Assembly (NCBI GenBank): GCA_964601155.1
Contig: CAZRMO010000004.1
Location: 1-62,742, forward strand
Length of the DNA: 62,742 nucleotides
DNA from: an uncultured Enterobacteriaceae bacterium
Lineage (GTDB): Bacteria > Pseudomonadota > Gammaproteobacteria > Burkholderiales > SG8-39
Direction of reading: 5' to 3'
Positions 53,261 to 62,742 of the stretch are shown one piece after another. The notes beneath the pieces are model-generated. The model did not search any database. It had not been told where the DNA came from and saw nothing but the letters and a program-made list of their open reading frames with translations. The position numbers were made by a program, and so were the translations under genes. Numbering within the stretch: position 1 is the stretch's first letter; the number at the start of each line of letters is the position of its first letter.

Positions 53261-54490
53261 TTAGCTGCGGTAATCCGCGTTAATGGATACGTAGTCATGC
53301 GACAAATCGCAGGTCCACACCGTGGTCCGGGCCGAACCGCGGCCCAGGTCCACACGCACCGTGATTTCGCTTTGCTGCATCACGCGCTGGCCGTCCTCTT
53401 CGCGGTAAGCCGGGTCCAGGCCTCCGTCCTTGGCCACGGACACATCGCCCAGATGCAGGCGCACCCGATTGACGTCGAGATCGGAAATGCCTGCGTAGCC
53501 GATCGCGCAAAGCAGCCGCCCCAGATTGGGGTCGGAGGCAAAGAACGCGGTCTTGACCAGAGGCGAATGCGCGATGGCAAAGGCGACCTTGCTGCATTCG
53601 GCTTCGCTCCCGCCGCCCTCCACCTGTACGGTAATGAACTTGGTCGCGCCCTCGCCGTCGCGGATGATCGCCTGCGCCAGCCACACGGCGACTTCCGCTA
53701 CAGTCTCGGCGAGCGCCGCATAATCCGGGTGGCGCTCGTCGGTGATGGTCTGCGTGCCCGCGGCGCCGGTCGCGATCAGCATAAAGGAATCGTTGGTCGA
53801 GGTGTCGCCATCCACCGTGATGCGATTGAACGAGCGTGCGGCGGTTGACGCCAGCATTTTCTGCAGCGCCGCGTGGTCGACGGCCGCGTCGGTTGCGACA
53901 TAGGCGAGCATGGTCGCCATATCCGGGTGCATCATGCCTGCGCCCTTCGCCATCCCCGTCACGGTCACGGGCTTGCCGCCCAGGCTGAGTTGGCGCGAAC
54001 AGGCCTTGGGCACGGTGTCGGTGGTCATGATCGCCTCGGCCGCGCGCGCCCAGTTGTCCTCGCGACAATCGGCGAGGGCGCGCGGCAGCGCTGCGACGAT
54101 GCGCTCCACCGGCAGGGGCTCCATGATCACGCCGGTGGAAAACGGCAGAATCTGCGCGCGCTCGCAGCCAAGCAAGCCGGCAAGTTCAGCACAAGTTTGG
54201 CGCGCGCGCGCGAGTCCATCTTCGCCGGTGCCTGCGTTCGCATTGCCGGTGTTCACCAGCATCGCGCGCACCGGTTGCCCGAGCGCCACATGATCCCTGC
54301 ACAGGATCACAGGAGCGGCACAGAAGCGGTTCTGCGTGAATACGCCGGCCACTTTCGCGCCGTCGGCAAGCCGCATGACCAGCAGATCCTTGCGCCCGGC
54401 CTTGCGCACGCCAGCCTCTGCAACGCCCAGCTCGACGCCTTTCACGCGCGGCAGATCTTCGGGCTTGGTCGCAAGCAGATTCACGGCCAT
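53261..54490 (-). CDS. argJ: Bifunctional glutamate N-acetyltransferase / ornithine acetyltransferase
   Basis: [61 protein letters not shown]. Confidence 0.96.
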   Translation of the reverse strand: MAVNLLATKPEDLPRVKGVELGVAEAGVRKAGRKDLLVMRLADGAKVAGVFTQNRFCAAPVILCRDHVALGQPVRAMLVNTGNANAGTGEDGLARARQTCAELAGLLGCERAQILPFSTGVIMEPLPVERIVAALPRALADCREDNWARAAEAIMTTDTVPKACSRQLSLGGKPVTVTGMAKGAGMMHPDMATMLAYVATDAAVDHAALQKMLASTAARSFNRITVDGDTSTNDSFMLIATGAAGTQTITDERHPDYAALAETVAEVAVWLAQAIIRDGEGATKFITVQVEGGGSEAECSKVAFAIAHSPLVKTAFFASDPNLGRLLCAIGYAGISDLDVNRVRLHLGDVSVAKDGGLDPAYREEDGQRVMQQSEITVRVDLGRGSARTTVWTCDLSHDYVSINADYRS

Positions 54491-54503
54491 GACCACCCTC
54501 GCC

Positions 54504-57227
<2,724 letters not shown>

Positions 57228-57420
57228 TAACTGTCAGGGGGAAAGATCAGAGGAAGAGGGGACGAATTTTACCATGCCTACCCGGCCCTAAACGGCTGGA
57301 ACAACCAAAGCTCAGGGCCATGGCTCAAGCCCGAGGCGCGCGCGTGCGCAGGTCGAATTGCACGGCGCTAACGCACAAGCCGGGGTGCGCTAGGATCGCG
57401 CCTCGCCCGCTACGCCAGGA

Positions 57421-58362
57421 TCAATTTTTTGCGAGGCTGGCAGCCGAAACCCGGAGGAAACGGCTTGGGTTCTGCGCCACACCTTTGTAGCGCACCTCGA
57501 AATGCAGATGCGGGCCGGTGGAGCGCCCGGTGGATCCGGACAAGCCGATGATCGCACCGCGACGCACCACGTCGCCGGGCTTGACCATGAGCTTCGACAA
57601 ATGCGCGTAGCGAGTGGTAAAGCCGTTGCCGTGGTCGATGTCGATCATGTTGCCATATTGAGGATGACGCTGCGCGACGACCACCACGCCGCTGGCCGCG
57701 GCGTGGACGGGCGTGCGCATGTCGGCCATGAAGTCGGTGCCCTCGTGCATGGCCTTCTGTCCCGTAAACGGGTCGATGCGCCAGCCGAAATTTTTTTCGT
57801 TCCAGCCCATTGCAACCGGACTGACCGTCGGCATCAGCATCTTTTTCGCCTTGGCGTCGAACAAACGGTCTTCAAGGATACCCAGGTAGTCGTTCCGGTT
57901 GTCCAGATGTTTGGAAAGCGCATCGAGCCGCCCGGTAAGCTCGTTCATGGACAGGTCTTGCGTTGGGATGCCGGTGGGCAGCGCGCCACCGAGGGCGGGC
58001 AGTTCGCTCATGTGGAATTCCTGCGGCTTGATGCCCGCAAGCGCCGACAGGCGCTCCCCCAGCGCATCCAGGCGCACCAGCTGCGCCTGCATTTGCCCTA
58101 CCCGTACTGCGATCGCGTTCAGGTTTTCGCGCATGAACTGCTTGGCATTCCTGGCCTGCTGCTCTTGCGCCGACAGCAACAAATGCTGCACTACCGGCAG
58201 CTTGATCTCTACGGTGTGGCGAAATATCAGATAGGACATCGAACTGGACAAGGCCACGACAACGGCCACCAGCAGTGCCACTCCCATAATGAGGTGGCGC
58301 ATGCCAAGCGAAATCGATTTGGCCGTTGCCAGCCGATTCGATACCAGAATAATATGCACCAT
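57421..58362 (-). CDS. M23 family metallopeptidase
   Basis: TM helix and coiled coil, then HEGTD, YGNMIDIDHG, YAHLS, STGRSTGPHLHFEV. Confidence 0.9.
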   Translation of the reverse strand: MVHIILVSNRLATAKSISLGMRHLIMGVALLVAVVVALSSSMSYLIFRHTVEIKLPVVQHLLLSAQEQQARNAKQFMRENLNAIAVRVGQMQAQLVRLDALGERLSALAGIKPQEFHMSELPALGGALPTGIPTQDLSMNELTGRLDALSKHLDNRNDYLGILEDRLFDAKAKKMLMPTVSPVAMGWNEKNFGWRIDPFTGQKAMHEGTDFMADMRTPVHAAASGVVVVAQRHPQYGNMIDIDHGNGFTTRYAHLSKLMVKPGDVVRRGAIIGLSGSTGRSTGPHLHFEVRYKGVAQNPSRFLRVSAASLAKN

Positions 58363-58382
58363 CCCCTCCGAGAGACTACTCC

Positions 58383-58868
58383 ATGCACTCCAAGAACCTT
58401 CGCGCCTACCTCGGTTCTGCCGCTGGTATAGCGGGCCTGCTACCCCAAGCGGAGCGGCTCATTGAATTACGGCGCATTTACAGCAAACTGTTGCCGCAGC
58501 AATTGTTACGTGCTTCGTCTATCGTCAATTACAGGCAGCAAACGGTCGTTATTTTTGCAGAAAATAGCTCCGTTGCAGCGAAGCTAAGACTGCTAAGCCC
58601 GCGATTAGTCAACGATTTTTCGAAATTCGGGACCGAGGTTACCGGAATTCGCGTGGAAGTGCAACCCAGCCAGGGGCCTGTGCGTGAAATGGTGCCGAAA
58701 CGCGCGCAACTGAGCCCGGCCGGGGCTGAATGCCTCGAAGCCCTAGCGAAGCAACTACCAGATTCAAAACTCAAACAAGCGCTGGCGGCAATGACGGCAC
58801 GCGACAAATCGACGCAGGAGCCGGATCCGCAGGCTCAAGGCGAGGCGCGCCGGCGCAATCCAAAGTGA
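58383..58868 (+). CDS. DUF721 / DciA family protein
   Basis: ENSSVAAKLR..P.L pattern. Sits in the conserved lpxC-(dciA)-M23-secA position on the opposite strand. Confidence 0.7.
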   Translation: MHSKNLRAYLGSAAGIAGLLPQAERLIELRRIYSKLLPQQLLRASSIVNYRQQTVVIFAENSSVAAKLRLLSPRLVNDFSKFGTEVTGIRVEVQPSQGPVREMVPKRAQLSPAGAECLEALAKQLPDSKLKQALAAMTARDKSTQEPDPQAQGEARRRNPK

Positions 58869-58943
58869 GCACCAAGCGCTGAACCCCGGCTTGCCCGACG
58901 CAGTCCTGAAATCGAGCCGCACTTGGCGAAGTTTGGCGCTATT

Positions 58944-59858
58944 TCAAACCGCCTGGGCTAGAAAACGGGTAAGCCCGGCCGGAGCGTCCTCGCTGCGATC
59001 GAAGCTCGCGTACTCCCAGGCATCGGCCTGAGCCAGGGTGGCGCGCAACAGGGCATTGTTCAGGCCGTGGCCGGATTTATGCGCGGAAAACGCGCCGATC
59101 AAAGGATGGCCCAGCAAATACAGGTCGCCGATCGCGTCCAATATCTTGTGCTTCACGAATTCGTCGGCATAGCGCAAGCCGTCCGCGTTCAACACCCGGT
59201 ACTCGTCCATGACTACGGCGTTGTCCAGACTGCCGCCCATGGCGAGGCCGCTGGCGCGCAGGCTTTCCACGTCCTGCATGAACCCAAACGTGCGCGCCCG
59301 CGCCACTTCCTTGACATACGAGGTCTCGGCGAAATCGACCACCACTTTCTGGCTGGATTTGTCGAACACCGGATGGTTGAAGACTATGGAAAAAGACAGC
59401 TTGAAGCCGGCGTAGGGCTCGAAGCGCGCCCATTTGTCGCCGTCGCTCACTTCCACAGCCTTTTTAATGCGGATGAAGCGCTTGGCGACGGGTTGCTCGA
59501 CGATGCCCGCCGACTGCAGCAGGAACACGAACGGCGAGGCGCTGCCGTCCATGATGGGCACTTCCGCCCCGGTAAGATCGACATAGGCATTGTCCACGCC
59601 CAGTCCGGCAAAAGCCGACATCAGGTGCTCCACCGTGGCGACTTTGAAGCTGCCCTCTTGTAACGTGCTGCACAGGCGCGTATCGCCGACCTTGTAGGCA
59701 TCGGCGCGCAAATCGGCTGGCTGCGGCAGATCCAGGCGCCGGAACACGATGCCCGTGTTCGGCTGCGCCGGACGCAACGTCAGTTCCACCTTCTCGCCCG
59801 AATGCAATCCGACTCCGGTTGCGCGTATGACGGACTTAAGCGTGCGCTGTTTTAACAT
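58944..59858 (-). CDS. lpxC: UDP-3-O-acyl-N-acetylglucosamine deacetylase
   Basis: [48 protein letters not shown]. Confidence 0.97.
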   Translation of the reverse strand: MLKQRTLKSVIRATGVGLHSGEKVELTLRPAQPNTGIVFRRLDLPQPADLRADAYKVGDTRLCSTLQEGSFKVATVEHLMSAFAGLGVDNAYVDLTGAEVPIMDGSASPFVFLLQSAGIVEQPVAKRFIRIKKAVEVSDGDKWARFEPYAGFKLSFSIVFNHPVFDKSSQKVVVDFAETSYVKEVARARTFGFMQDVESLRASGLAMGGSLDNAVVMDEYRVLNADGLRYADEFVKHKILDAIGDLYLLGHPLIGAFSAHKSGHGLNNALLRATLAQADAWEYASFDRSEDAPAGLTRFLAQAV

Positions 59859-60046
59859 GATGGTCGAAATGTTGCCGAGCAAAAATATAACAAAAGACTG
59901 ACTCTAAATTGTGCTGTTTTGCAACGATTTGCAATCGGCGGCTGACACAGAACGCGGTTTTTATCGGAATTCAAACAACAAATTTTAACATAAGACCGGG
60001 GCTGGCCGCGCGACCCGGAGCACGGCCAGCCCGCTGACCGCGCGGC

Positions 60047-61198
60047 TCAGTCAGCCTGCTTGCGCAGGAACGCGGGAATATCATACTTGTCCATCCCGTT
60101 CTGCTGCAGCGCCTCAATGGTCGAGGTACGGTTCTTGCGGATCACCGCCGGCATCGCATCCAGCGTCGCGTAGTCGACGCCGTTCACAGGCAGGTTGTCC
60201 GTGCCGTTTTTCACCACCAACTGCGGCCTGGTCTGGCGTATGGCGGCGGGCTGGCCTAGTCCGGTTGCGACCACCGTAACCCGCAGTTCCTCACCCATGC
60301 CCTCGTCATAGACCGCGCCCAGAATCACGGTGGAGTCCTCGGCGGCGAAGCTGCGTATCGTCTCCATCACCTCCTTGGTCTCGCGCAGTTTCAGTCCCGA
60401 CTTGGCCGCGGTGATGTTGACCAATACGCCGCGCGCGCCGGAGAGATTCACCCCTTCGAGCAGCGGGCATGCCACGGCCTGTTCCGCCGCGATGTGCGCC
60501 CGGTCCATGCCCGAGGCGCTGGCCGAACCCATCATCGCCATCCCTTGCTCATGCATTACGGTCTTGACGTCCTGGAAATCGACGTTGATCAGGCCGCGGA
60601 TGTTGATGATTTCGGAGATGCCAGCGACTGCGTTCTTGAGCACGTTGTCGGCTGCGCTGAACGCTTCTTCCATCGACACATCCTCGCCCAACACCTCTTC
60701 CAGTTTCTCGTTGAGGATCACGATCACCGAGTCGACGTTCTGCGCCAGATCGTCGATGCCGCCCTCCGCTGCCTGCATGCGCTTGACGCCCTCGAAGCTG
60801 AACGGTTTGGTGACCACCGCGACGGTCAGAATGCCCATCTGCTTCGCCACTTCAGCCACAAGCGGCGCAGCGCCGGTGCCGGTGCCGCCGCCCATGCCGG
60901 CCGTGATGAACACCATGTGCGCACCCTGCAGCGACTCCTCGATTTGCGCGCGCGCCTCCTGCGCGGCCGCGCGTCCCGCCTCCGGCCTTGCTCCCGCGCC
61001 CAAGCCGGATGCGCCAAGCTGAATCTGGTTCTTCGCCTCCCCGTGCGCGAGCGCCTGGGCGTCCGTATTCATGGCGATGAACTCTACGCCCTGCACCGCG
61101 TTGCGGATCATGTGATCGACGGCGTTGCCGCCTGCACCGCCTACGCCGACCACTTTGATCACGGTACCGTTGTTCTGAACATCCACGATTTCAAACAT
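60047..61198 (-). CDS. ftsZ: Cell division protein FtsZ
   Basis: GVGGAGGNA, AGMGGGTGTG, INVDFQD, C-terminal DIPAFLRKQAD. Confidence 0.99.
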   Translation of the reverse strand: MFEIVDVQNNGTVIKVVGVGGAGGNAVDHMIRNAVQGVEFIAMNTDAQALAHGEAKNQIQLGASGLGAGARPEAGRAAAQEARAQIEESLQGAHMVFITAGMGGGTGTGAAPLVAEVAKQMGILTVAVVTKPFSFEGVKRMQAAEGGIDDLAQNVDSVIVILNEKLEEVLGEDVSMEEAFSAADNVLKNAVAGISEIINIRGLINVDFQDVKTVMHEQGMAMMGSASASGMDRAHIAAEQAVACPLLEGVNLSGARGVLVNITAAKSGLKLRETKEVMETIRSFAAEDSTVILGAVYDEGMGEELRVTVVATGLGQPAAIRQTRPQLVVKNGTDNLPVNGVDYATLDAMPAVIRKNRTSTIEALQQNGMDKYDIPAFLRKQAD

Positions 61199-61318
61199 AG
61201 TGCCTCCTTCCGGGTCTTGGTTAAAAAACGAACTGCGAATGCACTGCCATTTCCTGCAAGACATAGAGTGCCGGGCCGAAATGCACTTCCGGCAGAGCGG
61301 AACTCAAATGTCCTGTTC

Positions 61319-62548
61319 CTAGAAATTCCTCTGAAACCATTCCTTCATCCTCGACAGGATTTGCCTTAGCGATGCGCCCTGCAGCGCCTGGATTCCGCGT
61401 TGGGTCTGCGACTGTCCCTCCAGCAACAGACCGATCGCCGTGGCATAACGCGGGTGTCTCACCACTTCCGCCAGTCCTCCGGCATAGCGCGGCGTTCCCA
61501 GGCGCACCGGCATATGGAAAATCTCCTCGCCCAGTTCGACCATGCCGCGCATCACGCTGGATCCGCCCGTGAGCACCAGGCCGGAGGACAGCAGTTCCTC
61601 GTAGCCGGACTCGCGCAGCACTTTCTGGATCAGGGAGTACAGCTCTTCCACGCGCGGCTCGATCACTTCGGCCAGGGTTTGGCGCGACAGCTGTCGCGAA
61701 CCGCGGTCGCCGATGCCGGGGACCTCCACCAACTCGTCGGCGTCGGCGAGCTGGCGCAGCGCGCAGCCATTGCGGACCTTGATTTCCTCTGCCTCTGCCG
61801 TGGGCGTGCGCAGCGCCATTGCGATATCGTTGGTGATCTGGTCGCCGGCGATCGGGATCACCGCGGTATGCCGGATCGCACCCTCGCGAAAGATCGCGAT
61901 GTCCGTGGTGCCTCCGCCGATATCCACCAGGCACACGCCGAGTTCCTTCTCATCCTCGGTAAGCACGGCGATCGAGGATGCCAGCGGCTGCAGGATAAGA
62001 TCGTTCACTTCCAGGCCGCAGCGGCGCACGCACTTGACGATGTTCTGCGCCGCGGACACGGCGCCGGTGACGATGTGCACCTCGACCTCGAGACGCACAC
62101 CGCTCATGCCCAGTGGCTCGCGCACGCCGTCCTGGCCGTCGACGACGAATTGCTGGGTAAGGATATGCAGGATCTGCTGGTCGGTCGGAATCGGCAGGGC
62201 GCGCGCGGTCTCGATTACGCGCTGCATGTCGAGCGCAGACACCTCCTTGTCCTTGATCGCAACCATGCCGCGCGAATTGAAGCTCTTGATATGGCTGCCG
62301 GCGATGCCGGTATACACCCGGGCGATCTTGCAATCTGCCATCAGTTCGGCCTCCTCCAGCGCACGCTGGATGGCGTTGACCGTGGATTCGATATTGACCA
62401 CGACGCCTTTTTTCAGGCCTTTGGATTCGTGACCGCCCATGCCGATGATGTTCAGCCGATTGTCCGGCAGCAGTTCGGCCACGATCGCCACCACCTTGGA
62501 AGTGCCGATATCCAGACCGACAACGAGATTTTTGTTTTCCTTGCTCAT
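61319..62548 (-). CDS. ftsA: Cell division protein FtsA
   Basis: GLDIGTSKV, GIAGSHI, DIGGGTTDI, GDQITND, LTGGSS, YATAIGLL. Confidence 0.97.
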   Translation of the reverse strand: MSKENKNLVVGLDIGTSKVVAIVAELLPDNRLNIIGMGGHESKGLKKGVVVNIESTVNAIQRALEEAELMADCKIARVYTGIAGSHIKSFNSRGMVAIKDKEVSALDMQRVIETARALPIPTDQQILHILTQQFVVDGQDGVREPLGMSGVRLEVEVHIVTGAVSAAQNIVKCVRRCGLEVNDLILQPLASSIAVLTEDEKELGVCLVDIGGGTTDIAIFREGAIRHTAVIPIAGDQITNDIAMALRTPTAEAEEIKVRNGCALRQLADADELVEVPGIGDRGSRQLSRQTLAEVIEPRVEELYSLIQKVLRESGYEELLSSGLVLTGGSSVMRGMVELGEEIFHMPVRLGTPRYAGGLAEVVRHPRYATAIGLLLEGQSQTQRGIQALQGASLRQILSRMKEWFQRNF

Positions 62549-62742
62549 CCCGCCGCCTCCGTTCGCTTGCACTCGCTCATAGACAGCTGCTGTCGGCGTC
62601 CGGCGGCAATCGCGGACGGTCGCATCCCCGCTACGCGGGGCCCCTGCTTCCTGCTCATCCCGCCGCCTCCGTTCCACTGCCGTGACTGACGCTCAGCCGG
62701 TGTCGGCGTCCGGCGGTAATCGCGGACGGTCGCATCCCCGCT
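62542..62742. repeat. 110-bp-period tandem repeat overlapping the ftsA RBS and start (truncated by the window end)
   Basis: 62542-62564 is identical to 62652-62674 (23/23). 62591-62632 versus 62701-62742 is 41/42. They are separated by divergent 26-nt segments. Confidence 0.9.
62545..62658 (-). CDS. Possible 37-aa mini-ORF created by the repeat, stop overlapping the ftsA start
   Basis: Hand translation MSRKQGPRVAGMRPSAIAAGRRQQLSMSECKRTEAAG*. It has the same GGAGGCGGCGGG-ATG context as ftsA, and its TGA overlaps the ftsA ATG (ATGA). Confidence 0.35.
   Translation of the reverse strand: MSRKQGPRVAGMRPSAIAAGRRQQLSMSECKRTEAAG

Noticed and set aside
59998-60032. Hairpin after ftsZ as a terminator
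   Set aside because: A 10-bp stem is present, but the loop is long and the U-tail is weak. It could equally be a processing or stability element.
62542-62742. CRISPR array interpretation of the terminal repeat
   Set aside because: The conserved unit is about 84 nt, the inserts are 26 nt with residual similarity, only two partial units are visible, it overlaps the ftsA start, and no cas genes are seen.

Overview
GC-rich bacterial chromosomal window. Gene order and protein sequences point to a betaproteobacterium (inference). It is mostly core genome: aroG, alaS, lexA-recA-recX, cinA-pgpA-thiL-nusB-ribH-ribB, rpsP-rimM-trmD-rplS, ffh, pilC-pilD-coaE-zapD-yacG, argJ, secA, lpxC-ftsZ-ftsA. Accessory genes are interspersed: a USP/TauE/TIGR02186 cassette, LysR plus amidase, a TIGR04282/TIGR04283-like pair, a signalling cluster, an AmmeMemoRadiSam pair, a CofD-like gene, a peptide-type ABC transporter and a GGT-family enzyme. 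No rRNA, tRNA, CRISPR array or intact transposase was recognised. The strongest unannotated signal is a complete ribosome-mediated transcription attenuator upstream of the DAHP synthase gene. It has a 23-codon leader (MNSAYAFWFYFYGFPQPLAEDLS, 8 Phe/Tyr/Trp codons; 14800-14871, minus strand) and mutually exclusive antiterminator and terminator hairpins. Other notable items are a receiver/class III cyclase/Ser-Thr kinase triple fusion downstream of a PAS histidine kinase, two LexA boxes heading a lexA-recA-recX-(ferritin-CCC1) run, a 30-nt dispersed palindromic repeat, and a 110-bp tandem repeat that duplicates the ftsA ribosome-binding site and start at the window edge.
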